Of a stretch of 64,000 nucleotides of DNA, positions 50,450 through 63,903 are shown piece by piece. The stretch is from Eledone cirrhosa (Eukaryota): contig OZ024745.1 in NCBI GenBank assembly GCA_964016885.1, positions 101,804,001 to 101,868,000 on the forward strand, given 5' to 3'. Position numbers and translations under genes: made by a program. Position 1 is the stretch's first letter; each line of letters starts with the position of its first letter. The notes beneath the pieces are model-generated. The model was not told the origin of the DNA and ran no database searches. It was given only the letters and a program-made list of their open reading frames with translations.

Positions 50450-50689
50450 TTAATCCCCTCATACACACACACACACATACAATACTGTTTGACCCCTTAC
50501 ACATGCAACACTGTGTCTCCTCTCTCTCTCACACACACACACAATACTGTGTCTCCTCACACACACATAATACTGTCTCCTCACACACACACACACACAC
50601 ATAATACTGTGTCCCCTCACACACACACAAACACACATAATACTGTGTGTCCTCTTCCATACACACACACACACCAATATTATCAATGT

Positions 50690-50990
50690 TTGTAGAGTTA
50701 TGTTGGTGCCACAACATCCAGGCCGAAACAAATGAGATCGTGTAGGTGTCACGTCAAAAAAACACACAGTTCACGCTGTAATGTGGCCGTGTAGGCAACA
50801 CGGTAAAAACCTCCCAGCCCCACACTGTAAATGTGGTTGGTGTTAGGAAGGGCATCCAGCTGTAGAAAACCCGCCAGATAGTCCTATGCGAGCAAGATAA
50901 CCACTCTTGCCTCAAGTGGGAAAACCCTCCGTCCAAACCCATGCAAGCATGGAGCACGGACGTTAAATGATGATGATGATGATGATGATG
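50690..50990 (+). mobile_element. SINE subfamily 3' part
   Basis: Matches 19800-20080 (-) and 44748-45008; (ATG)n tail. Confidence 0.85.
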
Positions 50991-51417
50991 TAGAGCTATA
51001 GGATGAAATAAAAACTGGAAGCCCGCCTCCTGGCAAATTATAACTGGTTATTAGAGATTAATGCATCTTTTGAAGATGTGGCCAAGGAATCTGTTTTTTT
51101 TTTTAAAACTTATTTTACCTTAGAAAAGGAATCTTGAATGGAAGCTTTTAGGGAGTTAGTTTCTGTCTTTGATTCATTTGGAACTGAATAAAATTCTACC
51201 AATGCATTCCTTAATTGACATACTTTAATGGCAGTACTACTATATCTACAGTATGAACGGTATGTATATATATGTTGGTGTATGTGTGTTTGTGAGAGAG
51301 ACAGTAAGTATATATGTTTGCGTGACCGTGTATATGTGTGAATGTATCTATTCTTATATATATATATACATATATACATGTATACATATTTATTTATATA
51401 TATATATATAAACATGG

Positions 51418-51449
<32 letters not shown>

Positions 51450-51469
51450 GTATGTACGTGGATATATTC

Positions 51470-51504
<35 letters not shown>

Positions 51505-51599
51505 AGAAAAATGGAGTGCTGCGTGGTTGCACATGGGTTACATATGAATAAAAGTAGTCCTTCATCAGTGATCTTCCAACCTTCATTGGTATTTCATAT

Positions 51600-51865
51600 G
51601 TACTTGGATATATATATATATATTTATTTATATATATATATACATGGATATATATATTTATATATAAATATATATATATATATATATGGATATGTGTATA
51701 TATATATATGGATATGTATATATATATATATATATGGATATGTATATATATATATATATATGGATATGTATATATATATATATATGGATATGTATATATA
51801 TATATATATGGATATGTGTATATATATATATATGGATATGTGTATATATATATATATATATATGG

Positions 51866-51897
<32 letters not shown>

Positions 51898-51976
51898 GGA
51901 TATGTGTATATATATATATGGATATGTGTATATATATATATATGGATATGTGTATATAAATATATATATGGATATG

Positions 51977-52014
<38 letters not shown>

Positions 52015-52338
52015 TGGATATGTATATATATATATATATATGGATATGGATATGTATATATATATGGATATGGATATATATAAATATATATATATATGGA
52101 TATGGATATGTATATATATATGGATATATATAAATATATATATATATGGATATGGATATGTATATATATATATATATGGATATGGATATGTATATATATA
52201 TATATATGGATATGTATATATATATATATATATGGATATGGATATGTATGGATATGTATATATATATATATATATGGATATGGATATGTATATATATATA
52301 TATATATGGATATGTATATATATATATATGGATATGTA

Positions 52339-52393
<55 letters not shown>

Positions 52394-52400
52394 ATATGTA

Positions 52401-52455
<55 letters not shown>

Positions 52456-52628
52456 ATATGTATATTTATATATGTATATATATATATGGATACATATATT
52501 TATATATGGATATGTATATTTATATATGTATATATATATATGGATACATATATTTATATATGGATATGTATATATATATATGGATACATATATTTATATA
52601 TGGATATGTATATATATATGGATATGTA

Positions 52629-52665
<37 letters not shown>

Positions 52666-53170
52666 ATATGTATATTTATATATGTATATATATATATGGA
52701 TACATATATTTATATATGGATATGTATATATATATGGATATGTATATTTATATATGTATATATATATATGGATACGTATATTTATATATATATATATATG
52801 TATATTTATATATATATATATGGATATGTATATTTATATATATGGATATGTATATATTTATATATATGGATATGTATATATATATATGTATATATGGATA
52901 TATGTATATATATATGTATATATATATATATGTATATATGGATATGTATATTTATATATGGATATGTATATTTATATATGTATATATATGGATATGTATA
53001 TTTATATATGTATATATATATATATGGTTATGTATATTTGTATATATATGGATATGTATATTTATATATATAAATGTATATATATATATATGTATATATA
53101 TATATGTATATTTATATATATATATGTATATATATATGGATATGTATATTTATATATATATATGTATATT

Positions 53171-53263
<93 letters not shown>

Positions 53264-53264
53264 G

Positions 53265-53333
<69 letters not shown>

Positions 53334-53750
53334 ATATATATATATGGATATATATATGGATATATATATATGGATATATATATATGGATGTATATATGTA
53401 TATATATATATGGATACGTATATTTATATATATATATATGGATACGTATATGTATATATATATATATGGATACGTATATGTATATATATATATATGGATA
53501 TGTATATTTATATATATATATATGGATATGTATATTTATATATATATATATGGATATGTATATTTATATATATATATATATATATGTATATTTATATATA
53601 TATATATATATATATGTATATCTCTATATATATATGTATATATATATATATATGTAGATGGATATGTATATTTATTTATATATACATATACATGGATGTG
53701 TGTGTGTGTGTGTATGGATATATATGTGTATGTATACATATGTATATGAA
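51600..53750. repeat. About 2.1 kb compound (TA)n microsatellite punctuated by GGATATG and TATTTA motifs
   Basis: Directly visible. Smaller tracts at 375-478, 2204-2470, 46840-47025, 51350-51505 and 63660-63930. Confidence 0.98.
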
Positions 53751-56162
53751 TATATTTTGTTTATTATTATTTATAGTGATATTTCAAAGATTGTTTGGAA
53801 GTTGATACAAAGGGATATGACTTCCACTAATGAACACGACTTCTGCTAATGGCCTCTGTTTGAAAGCAATTAGTCAGTCAGATTTCATGTGATATATGTG
53901 TGTGTTTGTGTGTTCATGCATGCATATGTATATATATTTGTATGTGCATAAATGTTTGTGTGTGTTTATATATGTATAAATGTGTATACATACACATACA
54001 TAAACAAATAATAGACATTTGAAATTGTAATGGTGACCTGTTTGCACCAACTTATTAGTTGTTTAGGTTTTCTTAAAGAGGTTTACTGCAGCAAAAAAAA
54101 AAATCTAAATTTGTGTCTGCTTGAAGAAACCGAGTGAATTTTTAATAGCATGACAATTCTTTTAATTGATGGTACTCAGCGTATGGCATAATAGTTCAAA
54201 TTTTTTAGTTATAATTCTTCCCCAGTTAACTTAAATGTTTGGACAATTGGTTAGTACTTAATAAACCAAGGATAAAAGTAATGTTTATTTTAAAGAAATT
54301 ATTCAAAACAAAGCCTTGTAGCTGACTTTTGTACTATATTTGAGGAAAATAATTAGTAATTACTGTTTTTAATTATTCTACAAACAAAAGTTAATTAATA
54401 AAACCATTGCTAAAGTATCCAAACTAATAGCTATTGAAATGGGTGCTCATTATTGAATATATGTTGTACAGTTAGCTCTATAGATTAAACATTGCTTTCA
54501 CAACCATATGGTTCTAGGTTCAATCTCACTGAGGGGCAAGTCCATAACTCCAGCTGGGCCATTACTTTGTGTGTAGAATTTTCTTGATAGATAGTGTAAA
54601 GAAACTCATCATATGTGTAATTGTGTTTGTGTTTGTGTATCTGTCTATGCTTATGTTTATCTATTAATGTTTGACACATACCACCACCATCAGTATCATT
54701 GTCATTTTAATCTCAACTTTCCCTGCTAGCAAGGGTTAGACGGGTCTATATAGACCAAGTCCGTGCTGAAGCTGTGTCACTGATCTCCCTAGGAAGCCAG
54801 GAATCTGTGTTTTGTTTATGTACGGTAGCTTTAAAAAAAAAAACTGTTGTGTCGCAAAGGCAATTTAGCTACTATATGAAATATAGGTTAATAAAATAAA
54901 TATCAATCTGAAATGAATTCAATCTGAAATATCAATCTTAAATGGCCCCACTGATGGCTCCACTGACTGAAAACAATAAAAAATAGAATCTAAAAGAGAA
55001 TTTATAGTGAGCATTATCAAATCAATGGTTTATGATTTAGGCGCAAGGCCAACAATTTTTGGGAAGGAAAAAGTCAATTAAATCAACCCCAGTGCCTTAC
55101 TGGTACTTTATTCTATCAACCTCATAAGGATGAAAGGCAAAGCTAACCTCGGCAGAATTCGTACTCAGAATGTAAAGGGCCGTAACTCTATGCCTCAAAG
55201 CATGTTGTCCGATGCTCTACCGGTACTGCCAATCCACCACCTTGCATTATCAAATTAATAATGAGCTTATTCTGTATTAAGTTCACTACTTAGTCTTTGT
55301 TCCTATTTTAGTTTACTTACATTCCTGCTTTTTTAGCTAAGGTATATTGATCACACTGCATATTTCACTCTTGTAAAATATCACAGCTTTGTGTCTCATC
55401 TGACAGAAACCAGTATTACCTGTTCAGATGTTCTCTAATGCTCAATGTGTTGTTAACAGAGTTTCCTCAATAGTATTTGACATTGAAGAACATTGCCGAT
55501 CCTCGGCCTCGACGACTGGCCTCTCGTTCCGCCTTCCTCTTGCAGAGGTCAATTTTATTTCCATTTATATTTTAATAAACGACTGTATTGTTACTGCAAT
55601 GCTACAGTGATATTCATGACATTATTTTAAAGTTTCTCTTTTTTTTTTAGTTAATTTTTAAAAACATTTAATAGATACAAATATTTTTTTTCCTCTAAAA
55701 CCCTTTCATGACCATATTTCTAATGAAATACATTCTTTTTAAATTAATTAATGAAGAATTTTGAAGGATTTACTAAAGAATTAATTATTTCATTAATAAA
55801 CTGGTAATTATTTCACTAATAAACTAGTAACTTAACATATGGTTAATATAAAATTATGTTGAAAAACTTTATGTTGCAAAGCATGGTGTCTGAAGTTCTA
55901 CCGATACTGCCAAAACAACACTGCCCTATGTGAGCTAAATCCTTTACCATGAAAATACAATAGTAAATATAGAGTAATGTAAATGCTAAAGGGTTAAATA
56001 TGAATCCTTTAAAATGGGTGATTTTGTTTCATAGAATCAGAGCTGATTTTTGTCAGGCTCATATCAAAAGGGTTAATCTGATTTTGTTTGGCTATGACAG
56101 AAAAGAACAGGAAAGCATCTATTTTTTTTATTTTACTTCTAGATTACTTAGAAAGCTAGCAT

Positions 56163-56630
56163 TATTTGAATACATATAAAAATGAGAAAACTCCTTGTTA
56201 GAACAGCTGTTAAAACAGCTAAATGCTGTCAAAGACAGCGATGGACAAAAATGCACCAGAGGACAGAGACCAGTGGTCAGTGGTCAACAGAGACAATCTA
56301 CAAGGTGGATGACAGGTAGATGAAATATAGAAAAGATTGAAAGAGGAGGAGGACAAGGAGAAGTGCATAGAAGTAACTGGAAGAATGAAATAAAGGCGAT
56401 GTACAAGACAAGTTTACAGACACTCATCTCCACTGTCATTAGCTCTCAAACCAGAAAAATGGTTTCACACAATGCCTGTCATCCACCTTGTGGATTGCCT
56501 CTCTGTTGACCACAGGCTGCTGGTCTTTGTCCTCTGGGGCATTTTTGTCCATCGCTGTCTTTGATAGCATTTAGGTGTTTTAACGGCTGTTCTAGCAATG
56601 AGTTTTCTCATTTTTATATGTATTCAAATA
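56163..56630. repeat. Long diverged inverted repeat (arms 56163-56316 and 56475-56630)
   Basis: TATTTGAATACATATAAAAATGAGAAAACTC...GGTGGATGACAGG and its reverse complement, with a 158-bp spacer. Confidence 0.92.
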
Positions 56631-56699
56631 CACTTTTGCTTCATCTCGATCAGAGACACCATTGTTTTAACCTAGCATTTTTTGTTTTGTTTATTCCAG

Positions 56700-56877
56700 G
56701 TTTAAAATTAAATTTCACAGTAACCTGGGGAGACCTTCATTATTTAGGCTTGACAGGAATAGAGATATTTAGTACAGACAAAGAGACGTTACCAGTTAAT
56801 GTGAATATGCTCAGTGCTGAACCATCCGATGTGCATAGTCTACCTGGCCATGAAAACGATGAAAGAACATTAGACAA
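56700..56877 (+). CDS. KATNIP: KATNIP internal exon F (next DUF4457 repeat)
   Basis: tttattccag|GT...GACAA|gtaagt. The split codon T|GT gives Cys: (C)LKLNFTVTWGDLHYLGLTGIEIFSTDKETLPVNVNMLSAEPSDVHSLPGHENDERTLD(K) (human CLQLNFTASWGDLHYLGLTGLE). Confidence 0.95.
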
Positions 56878-58037
56878 GTAAGTAATTCTGTCAGCTAAAT
56901 ACACCTTTGAAAATGCATTTAAATTTTCAATGTTTTAATTATTTTATGTTCCAATTCACTGCTGTATATACATCTCATACATTGAACCTCATGCTGTTCC
57001 AGAAATATTGCAGAAAATAAGGTGGTGGAATTATGAGAAAATAAGTTGTTTATTGAGTTGATCATGAAATATTACTTAAAGAAAATCAAGAAATATTCTT
57101 TGTGAAAGTTTATTCTAAATTCTGACCAAAAACTGAATACTTGTCTGGTGATAACTTATTGAATGATAAACAATTAGGGAGGGGCAAACACTGGTTGTCC
57201 CTCTTGGATGAATCTAAACTAACCCTAAAAACTTGCCTGGGACTCAAGCAAACATGGAAGACTTGGCTTTATAACTTGATCAGCTAGAAATAATGACTAA
57301 ATCTTTCTCAAATCACAACTTTCTCCCTTAAAAAACTCAGAATACATTGAATAATGTAATCAACTATACACAATTGTAAAAAGATGAGATGGTTACAGGC
57401 CTTTGATTTCAGTACAGATTGACCTGGGGCTTAATAACAACAACAACAGTAGCAACTTGCTTACACCACTAAAGTTTTTTGTGATGATCTTTAAGCTTAT
57501 TCATTTATTTTGTGGTCCCCGAACTGCTGTTTTCTCCCACAAAATCAGAAAGATAGCAGCCCAACTCTGTAAGGAGCCCCCTGAGGTGGAGTGACTGTTG
57601 CAGTGAGTGTGACTGGCCATTCTCTACAGCAGTGCCTTCGTCATTCTGTTCGTGAGGCATAGCTGAAACATACTGCTCAGATTGAGGTGTAGAGGTAGAA
57701 TCTGTTGCCCGCTCCACTTTCCCTTGCTTCCATTGCTTAATTTCTTTTACTATTTCTTCTGTTCTATCTCTTGCCTTTTATTTTTTGTTTCCATATTGCC
57801 ATTTCTATTGTACAGTTTTTATCACATATTCACTTGTAATTGTACATTAATAAATAAGAGAAATGTGAAAGAAACTAATTAGATGTATGAAAGGATAAAA
57901 CAACTGCTAAGATATATAATTCCTCAGAAGAAAAATAAATATTGTAATTATAGCTATTACTACCTGACAGAAAACATTTTATGATATTTCTCGCTATCTA
58001 AATGTTTGCCATATATGACTACAACTACTAATATACG

Positions 58038-58072
<35 letters not shown>

Positions 58073-58174
58073 AGCAATATCCGTAGGTAACAGTACTCAG
58101 TCTTTATATATTATTCTAACCCATGCTTGCGGTGAAGAAGGACGTTAAACGAAGATGATGATGATATATATATA

Positions 58175-58682
58175 TATTTCGTTTCTGAATTTGTTTAGCA
58201 AGTTTCTTTATCTGAAATCGTGTGTTGAAACCGATATTGTTATACTTTGGGATGGTCATGTTGAGTGGAACAGCAACATCACAACTTACAATTAAGGACA
58301 AAATGAAAACACACACACACATAGAACAAACAACCAACCAGTAACATGTAAATAAACAAATAAATAAATGAACATAAACACACACAGGCACCCGGATGTG
58401 GCGCATGCGCAGACTGAGCACACAACACACACACACAAACAAAATGGCGTAGGACAGAACAAAGGAGAGGCACAGAAACAAAGAAAGGAATCCCCAGTCA
58501 CTGAAGAGGTCACAGAGTGTGTGACGAAAGAACTATGACTATATATAAACAACTATCTGGTTGTGGAACCAACCAACCAACCAGAAATTTATAAATTTAT
58601 AAATATATAATAAATTGAAGTAAAAGCAACTGGTGCATGTGTTTCTTATTGGCAACATGACCCTCCCAAAGTATAACAATAT
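58175..58682 (+). mobile_element. Penelope-type terminal repeat, copy 2, with inverted head
   Basis: Inverse of 36252-36670; 30-bp inverted ends at 58234-58263 and 58653-58682; TA flanks. Confidence 0.85.
58496..58540 (+). ncRNA. Minimal hammerhead ribozyme, sense to the KATNIP pre-mRNA
   Basis: AGTCA CTGAAGA G GTCAC AGAGTGT GTGAC GAAA GAAC TA^TGACT, identical to the 36394 copy. Confidence 0.78.
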
Positions 58683-58868
58683 ATATATATATTTTAATAT
58701 AGAAAAGCTTCTACAGGACTAGAACTGTTTCATTCGGAATAACTTATATATATTCTTGGTATATTTTGTATTAGTTAATCAACCAAAATATGTATAACAG
58801 CGATTGTGTGAGAAATAAATGAGGAAAATTCTAACCTACTGACTTCTAATTCATTGTTACACACACAC

Positions 58869-58931
<63 letters not shown>

Positions 58932-59062
58932 TACACGGGTGTGTATAGAAGATTATATTAATAAAAGGAATTCCAACTTTGTCTGATTTACTCGTTTTAT
59001 TTACAATCCTTTAAAATTATAATGATATTATAATGAAATAGTATGGTAGAATATTAAATATA

Positions 59063-59103
<41 letters not shown>

Positions 59104-59104
<1 letters not shown>

Positions 59105-59693
59105 TAAGCATGTACACGCACATACACACATGCATACAGACATACAACAACATGTATATATATATATACATATACATACATGCACACATATACACATGCA
59201 CGCATGGACTCACCGAACATCCACTACAATGCTCGGCGTGTTTGCAAACAAACATTCCGAACCAAGCCGTACAGCGTCTAGCAACCATCGCCGCTCACCC
59301 ACTCAACACTGACAAAGGAACGCTGTACTAGTTTCAAGCTTATTAGCTATCATCAACAATGTATACCTTCCTGCCAGAAGGTTGAACGTTTGAAAGTATA
59401 TACTTTCCTTATGCATATTAACGGCTGAGCAGCCTAATTGGCATATCGAGTGAGTTAATCGGCCGGGGTACCGAAAACGATAAACGGAAAAAATGAAATG
59501 AAATTTCATTTCTCACTCCCAGCACGGCTGTTACCCAAACATAAGCATGTACACGCACATACACACATACATACAGAGATACAGCAGCATGTATATATAT
59601 ATATACATACATGCACACATATACACATGCATGGACTCACCGAACATCCACTACAATGCTCGGCGCGTTTGCAAACAAACATCCCGAACCAAG
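59104..59693 (-). mobile_element. Non-autonomous Penelope-type element, 437-nt unit with about 155-nt terminal redundancy
   Basis: ATAAGCATGTACACGCA...CCGAACCAAG at 59104-59265 and 59541-59693; TA tracts on both sides. Confidence 0.82.
59321..59361 (-). ncRNA. Minimal hammerhead ribozyme (C3U, imperfect stem I)
   Basis: CATTG TTGATGA T AGCT AATA AGCT T GAAA CTAG TA^CAGCG; stem III is the palindrome ACTAGT. Confidence 0.72.
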
Positions 59694-60638
59694 TATATAT
59701 ATAAGCATATATATATATATATATGAGCAGTAATGGTGAATATTGCTTGGGAATGAAATAACTCAGGCAGAGGACGAATATATTATTTGAAACAGAATAT
59801 TTATATTCAGTGCATATGTGTGTATGTATGTACAATTATGTCCATAATTGTTTTCTTGCTTTTATCTGTAATATAGTAGTTGGGCAAATAGAGATTGATA
59901 AAATAAGTAAATCGAAATAATTACTGTGATCAGTAAGATTGTTGAAACTGTTGAAGCTGTTGTCCTTGTATGGCCAGAAATTAGTATGTTGACCAAAACG
60001 AATCAAATATCTGATTCATTTTAAATATCATTGTCCATCTAATTTTGTTATATGAACAAAATTAAATGAAATTCAGCAATTGAAAGTGAATTTTTAAAAA
60101 AGGTTCCTTTAGAATTTAAACCAGCCATATCCGGCCAGAATTCTCTCACCTCTTTCTGTTCAAACTGGCTGTAACCAGCCACTCATACTGATGTTAAGGT
60201 ATTGTTCTCAAAATAAATAATATCAAAATCTCATAGATTCGATATTATGTGAGGTAAAGCCTTTACTATGAAAATACAATAGTATATATAGAATAATGTA
60301 AATGGTAAAGGGTTAATGTGTTTACAAACAATATTGTCATACCTGGTTTCTGTCTGTCATCCAATTAAGTATATGGTTGGTATTATTAGACAAACTTTAA
60401 CAAGGTGAACTTCACATATGATGTGACTGCAATAGTAAGAGGAACCAGCATCAATATATTTGGATGTTGCATCCCTACGTTCTCAGGCATATGTCTTTGT
60501 GTGTGTGTGTGGCGCATTTCAACCTACATAATTAGGAAGAGAGAGAGACATTGGTGTAGACTCTCAAAGAAAGTACTCCATTTAAAGCAAGTTCTTTGTG
60601 CAGGTTGTAAAATAACAACAATCATTATTATTTGGAAG

Positions 60639-60922
60639 GGCGGTGGATTGGCAGTATCGGTGGAGGGTCGGACGCCATGCTTTCCAGCATAGTTATGTCC
60701 CTTTACGATCTGAGTTCAAATCCCGCCGAGGTTGACTTTGCCTTTCATCCTTACGGGGTCGATAAAATAAAGTACCAGTAATGAACTAGGTAATTGCTGG
60801 CCTTGTGCCTAAAGTAGAAACAATTATTATTTGGATTGGCAGTATCGGTTGAGCGTCATTCACTATGCTCTACATCTTAGAGTTATGGCCCTTTACGTTC
60901 TGAGTTCAAATCCCACCGAGGG
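60639..60922 (+). mobile_element. SINE family 2, full copy followed by a tandem partial copy
   Basis: GGCGGTGGATTGGCAGTATCGG...GTAGAAACAATTATTATT, then a second head from 60832. Confidence 0.88.
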
Positions 60923-61816
60923 ATTGGGAAAAATGACCATAATAATAGTTAAAGTACTGCTACTGAGGAATCAAGCTATGCATCTCAGTTTAATGGATAA
61001 TGTACACAGCCAGCATTCAAGTGATGCAAGGTTTGATTTTTCTCTCCCCAGGGCTACTTTACCCAATTTTTTCAACTATTATTTATAGTGATTGACAATA
61101 TTGGGATGCAGGAATTTCAACTTTTTCCAATGCTTCTTAAGTCAACTGCTATGTTTATATCTCTAGCTACAGGCTTAAATTCTTCTAAAAACAGGGGGTT
61201 TGTGGCCAGTAGCAGTTGCCTGGCATCCTCACTTCCAGTCACCTCTGTCTACTATTGTCTGACTTTAGTGGAACTTTACTCAATTTTCTCAAGTATTATT
61301 TTTAATGATCGACTACTATCATGATCATTCATATGGGACATCCATAGACATAGGCGCATATATTTGACATATATGTCAAATATAAATTGGAGTATTTTTC
61401 GAAAGATTTCCAGTAAATTGAGTTATGATTTATTCTTCAGTAACAAAAACCTTAAATTATTGAATTTCACATTTTATTTTGAAGCTTCTAGTGTTCTATG
61501 ATTTCTATAATATTTGTGTATTCTTTTTATATCTATTCATTAATTTGTCTTCTTCTATTAAATTCATTTTAAATAGTATTTATTTTTCCATTACTGAGTG
61601 TTTTTGTTTGCTATAATATGTTCCTTTTTGTTTCAATCTTTTTCTTGGAAAGAACTCATTGAAATGTGTGTGTAACATATTGTTAACACCCAATGCTGGT
61701 ATACAGACACACATCTAGACTGGAATGGGATTTTAATATATATATATATATATATGTGTGTGTTCATATTTCAGATAGATAGATAAATATATTGATAAAT
61801 GATTGGATATATATAT

Positions 61817-62315
61817 AGGTTGGTAGGGATTCTGTGGTGGAAACAAGAACAAACGAGGAGTGTAATCAAAAAAGAGAAATAGGACGAAGGTAAACAGTTA
61901 CAAAAGGATTTAATCCACGTATTAACAATTGTTTCATCAGAATTTCAGTCCATTATTGCTACACTATGTCATAATAGGCAATCAAGAAAGATACTGTGAC
62001 ATCCGAATTTTCAAAATACAAAGTTCATTTCAACTTTGTATTTTGAAAATTCGGATGTCACAGTATCTTTTTTCATTGCCTATTATGACATAGTGTAGCA
62101 ATAATGGACTGAAATTCTGATGAAACAATTGTTAATACGTGGATTAAATCCTTTTGTAACTGTTTACCTTTGTCCTATTTCTCTTTTTTGATTACACTCC
62201 TCGTTTGTTCGTGTTTCCACCACAGAATCCCTACCAACCTGTTGAGTCACCTTAACGTATGATGATAACTTTCCTCACAACTTGTTCTACCAAGCTTTGG
62301 AATATTCCTAATTAC

Positions 62316-62320
<5 letters not shown>
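61817..62320. mobile_element. Fold-back Penelope-type insertion: 209-bp arms, 6-nt loop and tail, in (TA)n
   Basis: Arms 61817-62025 and 62032-62240 with about 4 mismatches; tail 62241-62320. Confidence 0.9.
62037..62139 (+). ncRNA. Type I hammerhead ribozyme, U3-A8 core, long stem II (mirror copy 61918-62020 on minus)
   Basis: TGTATT TTGAAAA T TCGGA[60 nt hairpin insert]TCTGA T GAAA CAATTG TT^AATACG; stem III is the palindrome ACAATTGT. Confidence 0.7.
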
Positions 62321-62355
<35 letters not shown>

Positions 62356-62358
<3 letters not shown>

Positions 62359-63016
62359 TGCTTATCCAGATATCGCTTTTCCAAAATTCGATTTACCGGA
62401 CGGCTATTTCTATACTACCTCCGGATGAGGAGGACTTAATTTTGGCAGACGGACAGATCCGGGCAGCATTTCTTCCAGCGAACGTTACGTCACTTATTCA
62501 GCCAATGGACCAGGGAGTTTTGGAGACACTAAAGCGGATTTACAAAAAACAATTGCTGCGGGATTTGATCGGAAAAGGGGACACGGGAATGATTCCATTT
62601 TTACGTGCGATAAACATGAGGGAGGTGGTTGACCATTCAGCTGTTGCGTGGAAATGGTAGCGGGAAATGGTAGAGGACCGACGAGCTTTGGCGCGAAAAC
62701 AATCTTCTATTTATTCATTTTAAAAAAAGTACTAACTTTTTATGGTTTGACTCAATTCAGTTTTACCAAGTTTTTAATTATTCTTATGTTTGTTTAATTA
62801 ATTTTCTTATAAATTCTAGCTGTTCTTTTGTTATTCTAATAAACTTTCTTTACTTAGCATTTGTCCTTTATTTTGACTAAAAGAAGCCAAAACATTAGAA
62901 ACCACGAGCATTATGTAACAATGGGATTTTAGAATTCACTTATCAGGATATTTCACTTAACCAGATCTTTTTCTAACTGTTTGGTTTTGACCGTCCGGAT
63001 AAGCGAAGATTCACTG
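62356..63016 (+). mobile_element. Internally deleted pogo/Tigger DNA transposon
   Basis: TA|CAGTG..CTTATCCAG ... CCGGATAAGCGAAGATTCACTG|TA. DDE fragment DGQIRAAFLPANVTSLIQPMDQGVLETLKRIYKKQLL. Confidence 0.9.
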
Positions 63017-63731
63017 TATATATATATATTAATGTTTCTACTTTTGACACAAGGCCAGCAATATCCCCAGTGTATTACTGGTGCTTTATTTTATTGAGCC
63101 CATAATTATGAAAGGCAAAGTTAACCTTGGCAGATTTCAACTCAGAACGTAAAGGGCCATAACTCTATGCTGCAAAGCATTGTGTCTGACACTCTACCGA
63201 TACTGCCAAAATAGATAGATAGATGATTTAATTTATATATTTATATATATATATATATATATATACAGAGATAGGGAGAGAGAAATAGATAGAAAGATAG
63301 ATGGTTAGATATATATATATATAGAAAGAGAGAGCGGGGGAAGAAATAGATAGAAAGATATTTTTTTATTAAATATTTGAGATATTTATTTCTATTCATC
63401 ATTTTAGGTTATCCTGGGAAATACATTTTCTGTTGTGATATTTTCATAAGGCTATGTGTTAACATATACTCCAATACTCACAGCCTTTATTAGAGAACTA
63501 AACTAGTTACTATTGAGAAATACATCTAAGAAATTCTGCGTGTGTGTATATATATATAGATATATAATCAAAATGAGCATAATGAGGACAATATATACAA
63601 CTACACATTTGCGTATACATATGTACATTCACACATGCAAACACACGCATCAAATAAATATAATATATATATATATATATATCAATATATATATATTATA
63701 TTTATTGTATTTATATATTATATATATATAT

Positions 63732-63779
<48 letters not shown>

Positions 63780-63817
63780 ATGTATATATATATATATATA
63801 TGTATGTATATATATTG

Positions 63818-63903
<86 letters not shown>

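Noticed and set aside
51436-53849. Long ORFs up to 687 aa (Y/I/M/D/C-rich)
   Set aside because: Translations of TA microsatellite that lacks stop codons. The same applies to ORFs at 376-630, 2190-2514, 46733-47345 and 63513-63904.
56400-56446. Possible hammerhead in the spacer of the 56163-56630 inverted repeat (CTAATGA...TAAAC)
   Set aside because: G5 and G12 are both absent and stem I is unconvincing.
63425-63497. Minus-strand CTAATAA-stem-GAAA motif
   Set aside because: An 8-bp stem is present but the core has two substitutions and stems I and III do not form.
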